The notes under the pieces were generated by a model. That model had not been told where the DNA came from and did no database searches. It worked only from the letters and a program-made list of their open reading frames with translations. The position numbers were made by a program, and so were the translations under genes. A stretch of DNA of 64,000 nt from NCBI GenBank assembly GCA_021777835.1, contig JAJYDC010000012.1, positions 3,295 to 67,294 on the forward strand, written 5' to 3'. Source of the DNA: Bacteroidota bacterium. Its GTDB lineage: Bacteria; Bacteroidota; Ignavibacteria; Ignavibacteriales; Ignavibacteriaceae. Each line of letters starts with the position of its first letter. Position 1 is the stretch's first letter. This document shows positions 15,889 to 27,690 of this stretch, one piece after another.

Positions 15889-17070
15889 TTAAATACCCAG
15901 TTCTAATTTTACAACTTTAAACATTTTAATAGCATAATCTAAGTCTTCTTTAGAATGGGCTGCCGAAATTTGGACTCTTATTCTTGCGGTTCCTTTAGGG
16001 ACAACAGGAAAGAAAAATCCTATAACATAGACATTTTTTTCCAGCATACGGGAAGCGACTTTCTGAGCAAGCAAGGCATCTTCGAGCATAATAGGTACAA
16101 TAGGGTGAACACCCGGTTTGACCTTAAGTCCTGCTTTTGCGATACCTTCTCTAAAATACTTTGTATTAGCTTCAAGTTTATCGCGCAAGTCGGTAGATGA
16201 TTTCAAAATTTCAAGAACCTTAAGAGAAGCAGAGACGATACTTGGTGCAAGGGTATTAGAGAACAGATAAGGTCTAGATCGCTGCCGAAGAAGATCAATA
16301 ATTTCTTTTCTTCCGCTAGTATACCCGCCGCTTGCGCCCCCTAAAGCTTTTCCAAGAGTACCGGTAATTATATCAACGCGACCCATTACATTTCTATATT
16401 CATGAGTACCTTTTCCGGTTTTGCCCATAAATCCCACAGCATGTGAATCATCAACCATAACCAGAGCGCCATATTTATCAGCAAGACTGCAGATGCTTTC
16501 CAAGTTGGCGATACTTCCATCCATAGAGAAGACGCCATCGGTAGCAATTAATTTTATCTTATAATGCGAAGCTTCCTTCAGCTTATTTTCAAGGTCATTC
16601 ATATCGTCATTTTTATATCTAAAACGATTAGCTTTGCAGAGTCGTATACCATCAATTATACTTGCATGGTTCAGCTCATCACTAATTATAGCGTCGTCTT
16701 CCGAAAGTATAGTTTCGAACAAACCACCGTTAGCATCGAAGCAAGAAGAATATAAGATAGTATCTTCAGTTCCGAGAAAATCTGAAAGATTAGACTCTAA
16801 CTCCTTATGAATTTCTTGAGTTCCGCAAATAAAACGGACAGAAGAAAGTCCATATCCCCATTTATCAAAACTTGACCTTGCGGCTTGAATTACCTCTGGG
16901 TTATCAGCTAAGCCAAGATAATTATTAGCGCACATGTTCAGGACTTTTTGTCCTTTAACCTGGATATAAGAATTTTGGGGACTGCCTAATACTCTTTCAT
17001 TTTTATAAAGACCTTCACTTTCTATTTGCTGAAGGATCGCGCTATAATGTTTTTTAATTTTATCGTCCAT
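15889..17070 (-). CDS. kbl: Glycine C-acetyltransferase (2-amino-3-ketobutyrate CoA ligase)
   Basis: A 393-aa class-II aminotransferase-like protein with the motifs [19 protein letters not shown] and [14 protein letters not shown]. It is adjacent to tdh. Confidence 0.9.
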   Translation of the reverse strand: MDDKIKKHYSAILQQIESEGLYKNERVLGSPQNSYIQVKGQKVLNMCANNYLGLADNPEVIQAARSSFDKWGYGLSSVRFICGTQEIHKELESNLSDFLGTEDTILYSSCFDANGGLFETILSEDDAIISDELNHASIIDGIRLCKANRFRYKNDDMNDLENKLKEASHYKIKLIATDGVFSMDGSIANLESICSLADKYGALVMVDDSHAVGFMGKTGKGTHEYRNVMGRVDIITGTLGKALGGASGGYTSGRKEIIDLLRQRSRPYLFSNTLAPSIVSASLKVLEILKSSTDLRDKLEANTKYFREGIAKAGLKVKPGVHPIVPIMLEDALLAQKVASRMLEKNVYVIGFFFPVVPKGTARIRVQISAAHSKEDLDYAIKMFKVVKLELGI

Positions 17071-17097
17071 TGAAATCCTCTTTATTGATTTGGATAA

Positions 17098-18138
17098 TTA
17101 ACTTTTAATCCAGTCTAGAACTATTTTCCCTGAATTTCCCGATTTCATTAGTTCAAAACCTTCGATGTATGATTCGTAGGGGAAGCGATGAGTAATTATA
17201 GGAGAGATATCCAATCCGCTTTGAATCATGGTAGTCATCTTATACCAGGTTTCGAACATTTCTCTGCCATATATTCCTTTAAGAGTAAGTCCATTAAAAA
17301 CGACCGTATTCCAATCAATAGCTGCGCTTTCGGGTAAAATGCCCAAGAGAGCAATTTTGCCGCCGTGGCACATAGCATTGATTAGGCTTTTTAATGCAGC
17401 GGGATTACCTGACATTTCCAATCCAACATCAAAGCCTTCCTTCATTTCAAGCTCTGCCATTACGTCGTTAAGATTTTCTTTTGAGACATTAACGGCGCGA
17501 GTTACTCCCATCTTTTTAGCAAGATCAAGGCGGTAAGGGTTTACATCCGTAATAACCACATACCGTGCGCCTGCATGCTTAACAATTGCGGCAGCCATTA
17601 TTCCTATAGGGCCAGCTCCTGTAATTAAAACATCTTCGCCAAGGACATCAAAAGAAAGGGCAGTGTGAGTAGCATTACCAAACGGATCGAAGGTAGATAA
17701 AATATCTTTTGAAATATTAGGATCACATTGCCAAACATTAGAAACCGGGATGCAAAGATATTCGGCAAAAGCGCCAGGTCGATTAACACCGACGCCCATA
17801 GCATTTTTGCAAAGATGTCTTCTGCCGGCTCTACAGTTTCTGCAATGGCCGCAGACGATATGACCTTCACCGCTGACCAATTCACCTATTTTCAAATCAT
17901 GCACATTACTGCCGATAGATTCGACAGTGCCGACATACTCATGTCCTGTAACCATAGGAACCGGAATAGTTTTTTGAGCCCATTCGTCCCAGTTATAAAT
18001 ATGAATATCAGTACCGCAAATTGAAGTTTTGTGAATTTTAATTAGAACATCGTTAATGCCAACCTCGGGGACAGCGACTTCATCAAGCCACAGTCCAGGT
18101 TTGGAATATTTCTTTACCAGCGCTTTCATTGTTTTCAT
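17098..18138 (-). CDS. tdh: L-threonine 3-dehydrogenase
   Basis: Zn-ADH family motifs are present: [30 protein letters not shown] and GAGPIG. It is in an operon with kbl. Confidence 0.9.
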   Translation of the reverse strand: MKTMKALVKKYSKPGLWLDEVAVPEVGINDVLIKIHKTSICGTDIHIYNWDEWAQKTIPVPMVTGHEYVGTVESIGSNVHDLKIGELVSGEGHIVCGHCRNCRAGRRHLCKNAMGVGVNRPGAFAEYLCIPVSNVWQCDPNISKDILSTFDPFGNATHTALSFDVLGEDVLITGAGPIGIMAAAIVKHAGARYVVITDVNPYRLDLAKKMGVTRAVNVSKENLNDVMAELEMKEGFDVGLEMSGNPAALKSLINAMCHGGKIALLGILPESAAIDWNTVVFNGLTLKGIYGREMFETWYKMTTMIQSGLDISPIITHRFPYESYIEGFELMKSGNSGKIVLDWIKS

Positions 18139-18273
18139 TATGAATTCCTTTTTGAAGAACTATTTTGGAGATTTATTGTGTTTCAAAATTATAGATTAAG
18201 ACATTAAACAACAAATGAAGATATGAATAAGCGGATTGGCTAAAGCAATTCTAATTAGGATAGATTAAAGGGA

Positions 18274-18675
18274 TCAGATAATAGAAAAGAGAGCAAACTC
18301 AATATTTGATGATTCTTTATATCTTTTAATTTTTTCAGCCAGCCATTCTTCTTCAATACTGTTAACTAAGGCAGTTGATTTTAGCCATTTTAATTCTTTA
18401 TCATTTGTTGATAAATCTGAGAAGGCTAATTTCAGTCCGTCGGATACGAACGACTGAGCAATTTTTACTGTTGAGAATTTAATCGGGTCATCTGCAATAT
18501 ATTTATTTACCAATAAGCTTTTTAATGTATCTTCATAAAACTCTTTAGCAAATCCAAGTTTTAGAGCGACGTCGCGAATAATCTGTTTTTCAGGTTCAGT
18601 TAATTGGTTATCTTTTTTAGCTACGATGAGCAGCCCCTTTAAGTAATTGCTTTTATCTTGAAGTGTAAGCTCCAT
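18274..18675 (-). CDS. Hypothetical protein, possibly TerB-like
   Basis: A 133-aa ORF with coding-like composition. It shows only a weak resemblance to TerB/DjlA N-terminal helical domains. Confidence 0.3.
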   Translation of the reverse strand: MELTLQDKSNYLKGLLIVAKKDNQLTEPEKQIIRDVALKLGFAKEFYEDTLKSLLVNKYIADDPIKFSTVKIAQSFVSDGLKLAFSDLSTNDKELKWLKSTALVNSIEEEWLAEKIKRYKESSNIEFALFSII

Positions 18676-18795
18676 TCCAACTCCGCTTAATTTTGAATGT
18701 TAAACTACAAAAAAATAACAAAGAGAAAAATTCTAAAATTGTTACAAGTAATCCAAAATACACCAAGTTGTTAATATAATTATTTATACGTAAAC

Positions 18796-19509
18796 TCAGT
18801 CGAAGAAAGAGGAACTCGAAAATTTTTTAAGTAGACCGGTTTTAATAATTTCGGCGCATTCTTCATTACTGTGAAGTCCTGTATTGATAATAAGATTGTA
18901 TAAAAGAGGGTCAGAGATATCTTTATGAAAATAATTTAGCAAATACTCTCTCCTATCGGCATCTTCACGTTTTATATGATCAAGAGCCTCTTTTCTATCG
19001 CAATTTAATAAGTTTTGTATATGTAAAACACGGGAATCAATTGGAGCAACTAACCTAACATGGTAAGAATTCGATAAATTTGAGGTAATAATATTAGCTC
19101 CTCTACCGATAATAATTACATTACCAATTTGGCCAAGTTCAAATATAGTTCTAGTCGTTTTATGAACCAAAGTCCAGACACTGAGCTGCCCCGCAAGCAA
19201 TTCATTTAGGATAGAATTCATACTCGGATATCTTTTCTCTTCCATTAACCTAGATAGAGTTTCGGGGAGGTGGTGGTCTTGTATAACTTTTTCGATTAAG
19301 TTTTTGTCAAATACAGCCCAATGAGCTCTGTTATTTAATTTCTGAAAAATACCTATCAATAGCTCGGATATTTTATCAGCTCTTGCGCCGGTTTCCCGGG
19401 AAATTGTAATACAGGGTCCGCTAGGAGTTCTCTTATGTTTTACTTCTTTATCCGTAGAGTGCGACTCGATATACAACTTTGCTTTTTCAAAAGATCCAAT
19501 TGTTGTCAT
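18796..19509 (-). CDS. Cytidylate kinase-like family protein
   Basis: ITISRETGARADKISELL resembles the degenerate P-loop of the cytidylate-kinase-like (AAA_28/PF13189-type) family. Confidence 0.55.
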   Translation of the reverse strand: MTTIGSFEKAKLYIESHSTDKEVKHKRTPSGPCITISRETGARADKISELLIGIFQKLNNRAHWAVFDKNLIEKVIQDHHLPETLSRLMEEKRYPSMNSILNELLAGQLSVWTLVHKTTRTIFELGQIGNVIIIGRGANIITSNLSNSYHVRLVAPIDSRVLHIQNLLNCDRKEALDHIKREDADRREYLLNYFHKDISDPLLYNLIINTGLHSNEECAEIIKTGLLKKFSSSSFFD

Positions 19510-19812
19510 TTTATTTCTCCCAAAAAATCAGTTAGAAAAACAACCAAAAAACTTATATAAAACTTTCCGGATTATACTTGCTTAAGCTTACATCTACTAA
19601 AATTTAATTTGGGAAGAACTACTGGGTAAATTTCGATAATAATTTGATTAATTGAAAGTGCATTAGTTTTCAATAATTTAATTACTGTCATTCATTAAGA
19701 TTATTTCTCTTAATAATTTATAGTAAATTAGTAGTAATAATTTTTTTGAAGTTGACATAATCAGCTTCGCATTAAAATCTTTTTTCAATGAAAAATTAAC
19801 GGAGAAAAGTAA

Positions 19813-21204
19813 ATGGATTACAGAATCGAAACCGACAGTATGGGGGAAATAAAAGTACCTACTGACAAATATTACGGAGCGCAAACTGCCAGATCATTGA
19901 TGAACTTTAAGATAGGCGGTGAAAGATTTCCACGCGAATTGATCAGAGCACTTGGTATTCTTAAAAAGGCTGCAGCACTTACAAACAAAGAGCTAGGAAT
20001 TTTAACATCAGAAAAAGCTGAACTTATTGTAAAAGCAGCAGATGAAGTAATAGAGGGAAAACTTGATGAACATTTTCCTTTAGTTGTCTGGCAAACGGGA
20101 AGCGGCACACAAACGAACATGAACGCAAATGAAGTTATTTCTAATCGTGCAATACAAATATCAGGGGGAGAAATGGGAAGTAAAAAGCCCATTCACCCGA
20201 ATGATGATGTGAATAAAGCTCAATCCTCTAACGATACTTTCCCGACGGCAATGCATATTGCCGCTGTTGAAGAAATTCATAGAAGACTTATTCCAATGGT
20301 TACGAAACTTCGAGACGCGCTTGAAAAAAAGGCAGTAGAATTTAAAGATATTATTAAAATCGGTAGAACGCATCTGATGGATGCCACACCTCTTACACTT
20401 GGGCAGGAATTTTCGGGTTACGTGCAGCAATTAACAAACGGGCTCGAAAGAATTAATGCAAGTCTTCCGCATATATATGAATTAGCATTAGGAGGAACTG
20501 CGGTAGGCACAGGATTAAATACTCACCCTGAATTTGCAGTAAAAGCAGCGGCAAAAATAGCGGAGTTAACAGGGAGTCCTTTTATATCGGCTCGTAATAA
20601 ATTTGAAGCGCTTGCAACTCACGATGCATTAGTGGAGGAAAGCGGAGTACTAAAAACACTTGCAGTATCACTGATGAAAATTGCTAATGATATAAGGTGG
20701 CTAGGTTCAGGTCCGCGCTGCGGAATAGGGGAGATATCGCTGCCGGAAAACGAGCCAGGAAGTTCGATCATGCCCGGAAAGGTAAATCCTACACAGAGCG
20801 AAGCAATGACGATGGTTTGTGTTCAAGTATTCGGTAATGATGCAACGGTAACATTTGCCGGAGCAAGTGGAAATTTTGAGCTTAATGTTTTTAAGCCGGT
20901 AATAATTTTTAATGTTCTCCAATCAATTAGACTTCTAGCAGATGCATGTGAAAGTTTTACAGACAATTGCGTTGTAGGAATAAAGGCAAATGAGATAAAT
21001 ATTAAAAGGAATTTGGAAAATTCCTTAATGCTTGTAACTGCTTTAAATCCTCATATAGGGTACGATAATGCAGCAAAGGTTGCAAAGAAGGCACATAAGG
21101 AGAACAAGACATTACGGGAAGTAGCAATAGAGCTTAATTTAATGACAGGTCAAAAGTTTGATGAAGTTGTGCGACCGGAAAAAATGATAGGTCCTAAAGC
21201 GTAG
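19813..21204 (+). CDS. fumC: Class II fumarate hydratase
   Basis: It carries the signature [16 protein letters not shown] and full-length similarity to FumC ([16 protein letters not shown]...). Confidence 0.95.
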   Translation: MDYRIETDSMGEIKVPTDKYYGAQTARSLMNFKIGGERFPRELIRALGILKKAAALTNKELGILTSEKAELIVKAADEVIEGKLDEHFPLVVWQTGSGTQTNMNANEVISNRAIQISGGEMGSKKPIHPNDDVNKAQSSNDTFPTAMHIAAVEEIHRRLIPMVTKLRDALEKKAVEFKDIIKIGRTHLMDATPLTLGQEFSGYVQQLTNGLERINASLPHIYELALGGTAVGTGLNTHPEFAVKAAAKIAELTGSPFISARNKFEALATHDALVEESGVLKTLAVSLMKIANDIRWLGSGPRCGIGEISLPENEPGSSIMPGKVNPTQSEAMTMVCVQVFGNDATVTFAGASGNFELNVFKPVIIFNVLQSIRLLADACESFTDNCVVGIKANEINIKRNLENSLMLVTALNPHIGYDNAAKVAKKAHKENKTLREVAIELNLMTGQKFDEVVRPEKMIGPKA

Positions 21205-21226
21205 GCAAAAGACTTTTGGAATAATT

Positions 21227-21285
21227 AGAGACGACATATCAAATTTAATTGCGAAGCAATTATTTAATAAGACAATGTCGTCTCT
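21227..21285. terminator. Bidirectional terminator-like hairpin between convergent genes
   Basis: AGAGACGACAT (21227-21237) pairs with ATGTCGTCTCT (21275-21285). An inner hairpin AATTGCGAAGCAATT lies between them, and the flanks are AT-rich. Confidence 0.5.
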
Positions 21286-21294
21286 ATAATATAA

Positions 21295-22995
21295 TTATGC
21301 TTTCATCCTAGTGCCTTGTTCTTCATGAATAAAGAGCCAGCTGCAGATTTTTCCAATATTAATTTCTTCGAAATTATTCCAATATTCTTTTGTGCGAACG
21401 TGCATAGAACTTGTTTCACTAAGCGGAATTTTTTCAGCTTCATCTATTAACTCAGAAATTCTAGTCTGCCACTTGCGCATGTTAGCCAGGCGCAAATCTA
21501 CCCATCCTTCATTAGCCCATTTTTCTATGTTTTCTTTTGAAATATCCAGAATATTTTCTCCGCGGAATGCCGGGATTTTTATCATATTCCCTCTTAACAA
21601 TGATTTTCCGTCAGGAAGAAGCACAGGAATTCCTATTGATATTATTTCGCTTCTCAGCTTAGAATTCTCAGTGATAATTTCAAAACTTCTTTCTGATAGT
21701 ACTTCCGGGGATACAGTTAAAATATCCTTCAAAGTATTGCAGATTAAGCTAATCAGATGAATTTCATATAATAGTTTTGAAAGGCGGGGCGGGCCTAATA
21801 ATTCAAAAGCAACGCTACTAACATTATTTAGCTTTTCAAGCTGATTAAGTTTTTTAACAGCCATATGCTGCAAATAGCCTGCCCGGTAAGTAGGTTCCAT
21901 TGTGGCGTGGTCAAGTGAACTGACTATATCATGTCCGGTGTTGCCGCCTTTAATTTCATAAATGACAACATCAGCAATCTCTTCGGGGGTAACGAATTCC
22001 ATCTGTTTTTGAGCAGAAATAGTTTCAAACTCGCCTTTAGAGAAAATTCCATTTTCGCCTGTATCGATGAAAACAGATTTTAGAGTTTCGCCGGTGGTTC
22101 TGTATTGTTTATCGGGGAAAAGTACAAATTTATCTTTAAGCGGAACAGCTTCAGTAACTGGAACGTCAACAAGGTCAATTGCCTGTCCTCTTTTTTTAAT
22201 TTCGCCGTACTCTATTTTTTTCCAGGCAATAGCGGCGGTTGGTTTTATTTCTTTAGTTATAGGTCCGTCCGGAGTTCTAGCCATCAAGAAGAGCAATAGA
22301 GTATGAGCTCCGGCGATAGAGGATTTACTTAGCAAAACGCGCGATGGTTTTTCTTCGCTGTGAGTATAAGGGATATTAAGACCCATTCCTCCTGTACCGC
22401 TTGTTCCAATCTTAACATATATTTCAGATTTAACACGGCTCATACTCGCGTAGAGGATTTGGACATGTCTAATTAGCTGAGGAATATAAAGAGTGCAAAG
22501 AAGTTTTTCTGTTTCTGTAACAAGGTCATCATAATCAGCCTTGGATTTAATGGCTTTGAATATACTACGATAGGTAGTATATACATCCTGATAGGCGATA
22601 GCTGTGGCAGTATTTATACAATCAATAACAATATCAGGTTTATAAAGGGTGAGCAAGTTATAAAGGGCAGAGTTTGTCAAAACATCTTCGGAGAGTTCAT
22701 CCATAGTATCCTGCATTAATATTTTCCGTTTATCTTTATCGGAAAGAATTGCGAGTCTATTTAAGTCTTTAAACTCATTGCGTACGAAGATATCGCCTCC
22801 CCAAGGAATGAAGTAATTTTGTCCTTTATCAGGGAATTCTTGACTTAATTTTAATACAGCGTCTTCAGCTTCGGATAATTTTAAAGACGTGATAATAATT
22901 TGTTTAGGCTTTTGTTCAACCAATTTTCTTGCAACTGCATTGCCAACTAAGCCCCAGCCGCCAAGGACGAGCGCTGTTTTATTTTGAATATTCAT
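21295..22995 (-). CDS. Uncharacterized 566-aa protein with an N-terminal NAD(P)-binding Rossmann motif
   Basis: TALVLGGWGLVGNAVARKL fits a GxGxxG-type dinucleotide-binding fold. I do not recognise the remainder. Confidence 0.4.
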   Translation of the reverse strand: MNIQNKTALVLGGWGLVGNAVARKLVEQKPKQIIITSLKLSEAEDAVLKLSQEFPDKGQNYFIPWGGDIFVRNEFKDLNRLAILSDKDKRKILMQDTMDELSEDVLTNSALYNLLTLYKPDIVIDCINTATAIAYQDVYTTYRSIFKAIKSKADYDDLVTETEKLLCTLYIPQLIRHVQILYASMSRVKSEIYVKIGTSGTGGMGLNIPYTHSEEKPSRVLLSKSSIAGAHTLLLFLMARTPDGPITKEIKPTAAIAWKKIEYGEIKKRGQAIDLVDVPVTEAVPLKDKFVLFPDKQYRTTGETLKSVFIDTGENGIFSKGEFETISAQKQMEFVTPEEIADVVIYEIKGGNTGHDIVSSLDHATMEPTYRAGYLQHMAVKKLNQLEKLNNVSSVAFELLGPPRLSKLLYEIHLISLICNTLKDILTVSPEVLSERSFEIITENSKLRSEIISIGIPVLLPDGKSLLRGNMIKIPAFRGENILDISKENIEKWANEGWVDLRLANMRKWQTRISELIDEAEKIPLSETSSMHVRTKEYWNNFEEINIGKICSWLFIHEEQGTRMKA

Positions 22996-23214
22996 AAAAA
23001 CCCTATTTTATTTAATTAGTAATGCTTAAAATTAAAGTTTTAAGTAACGTAAGGCAATTGGGAAAAGAGTTTTATTTGTCCGTCAAATTGACCGCAATTT
23101 TACTTTATATAACCGCTGAGCGAAAGTGTTTTGATAATATATATTCTGTGGAGTATTTATGCATCGTAAAAATTAGCAAGTTATTAAAAATTTCAAATAA
23201 TAAGGAATTCTTTC

Positions 23215-23700
23215 TTGGCAAAGGATAAAAACATCACACTTGCTGCAGAGTATTTTAATAAAGCAGTTAATTCTCAAGTAAAAGGGAAAATTGATACAGC
23301 AATTGAAAACTATAGATCATCAATAGAAATATTTCCTACAGCAGAAACTCATGTCCATCTGGGTGTTGCATATAGTCTTCGCGGCTGTTATGATGAAGCA
23401 ATTTCAGAATGTAAGACTGCCATTGAACTTAACCATAATATTGGGTTACCGTACAATAATATCGGTGAGTATTTAATGAGCCTCGGGAGAATTGATGAAG
23501 CAATTGAATGGCTTGAAAAAGCATTAACTTTCGAAGACTGCACAATGAATTATCAAACCTATCTAAACCTTGGAAGGATATACGAAAAAAAGTGGGATTT
23601 AGTAAAAGCTCTTCGCTTTTACAACCATTCACTTGATTTTTATCCAGATTTCGATGATGCTCAAGATGCAATAATTAGAATTTCCTCATTGATGAATTGA
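23215..23700 (+). CDS. Tetratricopeptide repeat protein
   Basis: It contains repeated TPR-like 34-aa units (AIENYRSSIEIFP, AISECKTAIELNH, AIEWLEKALTF, ALRFYNHSLDFYP). It has a TTG start, with AAGGA 8 nt upstream. Confidence 0.7.
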   Translation: MAKDKNITLAAEYFNKAVNSQVKGKIDTAIENYRSSIEIFPTAETHVHLGVAYSLRGCYDEAISECKTAIELNHNIGLPYNNIGEYLMSLGRIDEAIEWLEKALTFEDCTMNYQTYLNLGRIYEKKWDLVKALRFYNHSLDFYPDFDDAQDAIIRISSLMN

Positions 23701-24034
23701 TTAACGATTTACAATGCCTAAAATTATTGCAACTTATTTATATAATAAATTTAGTTTAAGTAAGTAGACAAATAATTTTGTTAGTCAATTTAATACATCA
23801 AAAGTTGAATAATTAAATACTGCGTAATACAGTCTAAGCTCTCAATACCCAACCAAAGCAAATCCATTTAAACTTATTGAACTTAAAATGCAAAAGTAAA
23901 TAATCCCGTCATAATTCCGTTTGGAGATTTGATTGATTGTCAGCATTTTAATTTATTTGAAAACATAATAGTAATGTAGATTAACTGCGAAAGTATTAAA
24001 TTTGTTAATAAAATTTTGGAAATGATAGGAAAAT

Positions 24035-25000
24035 ATGAAGGTAACAGAACATCTTTCGAAAGCAAAAGAGCCATTAATTAGTTTTGAGTTAATACCACCA
24101 AAGCGAGGCGGTGATATAAAAAGTTTACTATCTGTATTAGACGACATAACTAAATACAATCCTCCATTTATAGATATAACAAGTCATTCTGCTGAAATCT
24201 ATTACGAAGAAACGGCTCATGGAATTGAAAAAAAAATAAAGAGAAAGAGACCCGGTACACTTGGGATATGCGCGTTAATTCAGAATAAATACAACATTGA
24301 TGCGGTGCCACATATTCTTACACAAGGTTTTACGCGAGAAGAAACAGAAGATTTTTTAATTGAGCTGAGGTATTTGGGTATAGATAATGTACTAGCTATA
24401 CGGGGTGACGACAATGGCTATGAAAAACCTGTGCCTATAGGGAAGAGTGCAAATAAGCATGCCGTTGATTTAGTTGCTCAAATAGTTTCGATGAACAAAG
24501 GTAAATATCTGGAAGAAAATCTCCTTGATGCAAAGCCATCTGATTTTTGCGTAGGGGTAGGCGGTTATCCGGAGAAACATTATGAAGCTCCAAACTTAAT
24601 AACGGATATAAAATTTGCAAAAGCTAAAGTGGATGCCGGGGCGGATTATATTGTGACACAAATGTTTTATGATAACAAAGCCTATTTTAATTATGTCGAA
24701 TTATCCAAGCGGGAAGGGATCAGCGTACCGATAATCCCGGGATTAAAGATACTAACAAATAAGACCCATTTAATTAATGTTCCCAAAAACTTTTATATTA
24801 ATCTTCCATCAGAGTTAGTGGACGAAGTTTACGAAGCAAAAAATGAACATGTAATGGACATAGGTGTAGAGTGGGCAGCAAAGCAAGTAGAAGATCTTTT
24901 TAATAAAGGAGTTTTGAGTATTCATTTTTATATAATGCAAAATTCAGGACCGGTAAAAAAGCTAATGGACAGATTAAAACTTCATAAGAAAATATATTAA
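24035..25000 (+). CDS. metF: Methylenetetrahydrofolate reductase
   Basis: It has the MetF-like N-terminus (ISFELIPPKRG) and MetF-like ITSH and IRGD segments. The length is typical of MetF. Confidence 0.85.
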   Translation: MKVTEHLSKAKEPLISFELIPPKRGGDIKSLLSVLDDITKYNPPFIDITSHSAEIYYEETAHGIEKKIKRKRPGTLGICALIQNKYNIDAVPHILTQGFTREETEDFLIELRYLGIDNVLAIRGDDNGYEKPVPIGKSANKHAVDLVAQIVSMNKGKYLEENLLDAKPSDFCVGVGGYPEKHYEAPNLITDIKFAKAKVDAGADYIVTQMFYDNKAYFNYVELSKREGISVPIIPGLKILTNKTHLINVPKNFYINLPSELVDEVYEAKNEHVMDIGVEWAAKQVEDLFNKGVLSIHFYIMQNSGPVKKLMDRLKLHKKIY

Positions 25001-25020
25001 GAAAGAAATTATAGTTAATA

Positions 25021-26016
25021 ATGAAAACAATAAGACCATCGAAACTCAAAAAGCTCAAATGGGGCGTAGCGGGCTGCGGGAAATATAGTGAGTTTACGTT
25101 CATTCCGGCGCTTCATCTTTTAAGACGAAGCACACTGAACTCTGTCTTCAGCACGAACGGGGAGAGAGCAAAATTTATATCTGAAAAATTCGGAGCACTG
25201 AATTATTATAATAATTATGATGAATTTCTTCAATCGGATATAGACGCGGTATATATCGGCAGCGCAAACAATAATCATTACGAGGAAGTAATAAAGGCAG
25301 CAAAAGCGGGTAAAAATATTTTATGTGAAAAACCTTTATCGATTACCTATGCACAAGCTGATGAGATGGTGAAAGTCTGCAAGCAGAATAATGTTTTATT
25401 GAGTATTAACTACCCGCTGCGATTCCACCCCTCTATATTAAAGGCAAAAGAGTTATTAGATAATCAACTTTTGGGCAGATTAATATCAATAAGTGTTTCA
25501 TATAATTTTGATTTACCGCCGGATACGAATTTTAGATTCAAAAAAGAAGAAAGCGGAGGCGGGGCATTAAGAGATGTAGGCACTCATATGATTGACCTCC
25601 TAAGGTTTTTCGGAGGTGAAATAACGGAAATTAAGGGTGTAATGGATAATATTATTTATGGCGGTGAAGTAGAAGATTTCGCTGCGGCAATATGTAATTT
25701 TAAAGACAGCGGTTATGGATATTTTAATGTTTCCTTCAACAGCAAAAAAGGATTTAACAGGATAGAAATATTGGGGCACAAGGGGGCAATTAGCATTGAT
25801 CATTTAATCGGTGCAAAAAACGCCACTTCAAAGCTAAATATTTTACTTGAAGGAGAAGCAAGAAAATCTTTTCGTAAAAGAGCAAACAAACTGTTTAACT
25901 TATTAAAGTCAGTGCAAAAATCATTCATAAATAATGAGGAGCCTGTCATAACAGGTTATGATGGCTTAGTTAATATGAAATTAATGGAAGAACTTGAGAA
26001 GCAATGCAGCAGATAA
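25021..26016 (+). CDS. Gfo/Idh/MocA family oxidoreductase
   Basis: It has an N-terminal Rossmann motif (WGVAGCGKYS) and the EKP motif (ILCEKPLS). Confidence 0.8.
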   Translation: MKTIRPSKLKKLKWGVAGCGKYSEFTFIPALHLLRRSTLNSVFSTNGERAKFISEKFGALNYYNNYDEFLQSDIDAVYIGSANNNHYEEVIKAAKAGKNILCEKPLSITYAQADEMVKVCKQNNVLLSINYPLRFHPSILKAKELLDNQLLGRLISISVSYNFDLPPDTNFRFKKEESGGGALRDVGTHMIDLLRFFGGEITEIKGVMDNIIYGGEVEDFAAAICNFKDSGYGYFNVSFNSKKGFNRIEILGHKGAISIDHLIGAKNATSKLNILLEGEARKSFRKRANKLFNLLKSVQKSFINNEEPVITGYDGLVNMKLMEELEKQCSR

Positions 26017-26642
26017 AAGAGTTAGTTGAAATCTGTCACCGTGTTTATGAAAGGGGTTATGTCTCAGCTTATGACGGCAATATATCAGTAAAAATTTATA
26101 ATAATAGATTTTTAATAACCCGATCCGGAGTATGTAAAGGAGAAGTATCGGAAGACGATATTTTAGAAATTGATTCTAGCGGGAAAATATTAAACGGAAA
26201 TGGAAAGCTAACAACCGAAGCAAAGATTCATTTGTTTACATATTCTAAAAGAGAAAATGTTAATGCGGTAGTACATTGTCATCCGGTTTATGCTACGGGG
26301 TTTGCTACATTCGGAGAAGGATTAACAAAGAATATACTTCCCGAAGTAATTTTAACGCTGGGAGAAGTTCCGCTATGTGAATATGGGACACCATCTACAG
26401 ATGAGCTTGCAAAGAATATGGAGCCATTTATAAATGACTCATGGTCGATGCTTCTTAGGAATCACGGTGCGGTAACTTTTGGGAAAACATTAAAAGAAGC
26501 TTACTTTAAAATGGAAAAGCTAGAGCAATCAGCTAAGATTATTTTTATAGCGAGAATGCTCGGGGGAGAAAAAGAAATTCCGCAAGAAAAGGTTACTGAA
26601 CTATTAGGTATTGCGAAAGCAACTTATGGGATTGAAAAATAA
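26004..26642 (+). CDS. Class II aldolase/adducin-domain protein
   Basis: The His-rich metal site (VVHCHPVYATGFA ... LRNHGAVTFG) is typical of the fuculose-phosphate aldolase / MtnB-like family. Confidence 0.75.
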   Translation: MQQIKELVEICHRVYERGYVSAYDGNISVKIYNNRFLITRSGVCKGEVSEDDILEIDSSGKILNGNGKLTTEAKIHLFTYSKRENVNAVVHCHPVYATGFATFGEGLTKNILPEVILTLGEVPLCEYGTPSTDELAKNMEPFINDSWSMLLRNHGAVTFGKTLKEAYFKMEKLEQSAKIIFIARMLGGEKEIPQEKVTELLGIAKATYGIEK

Positions 26643-26685
26643 TAAAGAAAAAAAGATTAAAAATAGAAATAGGATATAGAATTTA

Positions 26686-27690
26686 ATGGTTGAAAATTCA
26701 CAAATAAGAGTTGCCTTAATTTTAGGAGGTACTTCACCTGAAAGAGAAGTATCTAAATCATCAAGTAAATCAATATATAAAGCATTAAAGAGTTTAGGGT
26801 ATCAAATTAGATTAGTTGATCCGGCATACGGAAAGAATCAACCAAAGAATGAAGATGATTTTTTTGCCGAGAAAGATTATACGGAGTTATCGAACCGTAA
26901 TTATGTGGATGCTATAAACTCCTCCTTATTTGATGAAGTAGATATAGCATTTCTCGGTCTTCATGGAAAATGGGGTGAAGACGGTACAATTCAGTCACTT
27001 CTTGAACTTCGTGGAATAAAGTATACTGGCTCGAGCGTAATATCAAGTGCTATGTCGATGGATAAAATTATGTCGAAAATTTTATTTCAGCATTACGGAA
27101 TTAGCACACCAAAGTGGATAGCAATTGAAAAGAGAAATCTTAATGCTGAAAAGATAAAGAAAGAAATCAAGGAGAAATTTGGATATCCCTGCGTAATAAA
27201 ACCTAACGATCAAGGGTCAACGGTGGGACTTACTATTTGTCAAACTGAGGGTGAGGTTCCGGAGGCGGTTAAGTTAGCATTTCAATTTTCAGGAAAAGTT
27301 TTAATAGAAGAGTATATTTCGGGGCACGAAGTAACAGTCGGAATAATTGATAACAAAGCACTTCCTGTACTTGAAATTAAGCCGAAGCACGGAATATATG
27401 ATTACGAATGTAAATACACCCACGGGATGAGCGAGTACGAAGTGCCAGCGAACCTTCCTGAAAATGTTAAAGCCGAGTTACAATCTCAATCGTTGAAGGC
27501 ATTTGAGGCGCTAGAATGCAGCTGTTACGGCAGGATTGATTTTAGAGTAAGCAACGATTTCAAGACTTACTGTCTGGAAGTGAATTCATTACCCGGGATG
27601 ACATCGACAAGCCTAGTGCCGAAAATGGCAATGGCAGTAGGGATTACGTTTGAGGAATTAATTGATAAAATAATTAAGCTGTCACTTTAA
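26686..27690 (+). CDS. ddl: D-alanine--D-alanine ligase
   Basis: It has ATP-grasp Ddl motifs: LHGKWGEDGTIQSLLE, GYPCVIKPNDQGSTVG and EVNSLPGMT. Confidence 0.9.
   Translation: MVENSQIRVALILGGTSPEREVSKSSSKSIYKALKSLGYQIRLVDPAYGKNQPKNEDDFFAEKDYTELSNRNYVDAINSSLFDEVDIAFLGLHGKWGEDGTIQSLLELRGIKYTGSSVISSAMSMDKIMSKILFQHYGISTPKWIAIEKRNLNAEKIKKEIKEKFGYPCVIKPNDQGSTVGLTICQTEGEVPEAVKLAFQFSGKVLIEEYISGHEVTVGIIDNKALPVLEIKPKHGIYDYECKYTHGMSEYEVPANLPENVKAELQSQSLKAFEALECSCYGRIDFRVSNDFKTYCLEVNSLPGMTSTSLVPKMAMAVGITFEELIDKIIKLSL

Noticed and set aside
19740-19812. A sigma-70-like TTGACA ... TAAAAT pair upstream of fumC.
   Set aside because: The spacer is only 15 nt (16 with a poorer -10 element), so I did not list it as a feature.
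23022-23228. A 68-aa ORF upstream of the TPR gene, and a 64-aa ORF at 32237-32431.
   Set aside because: Both lie in AT-rich intergenic sequence. They have no RBS, their composition is low-complexity, and they overlap likely promoter regions.
23701-24034. A possible SAM riboswitch upstream of metF.
   Set aside because: I read the 335-bp leader on the plus strand. I found none of the conserved S-box or SAM-II-like core sequences and no convincing multi-stem structure.
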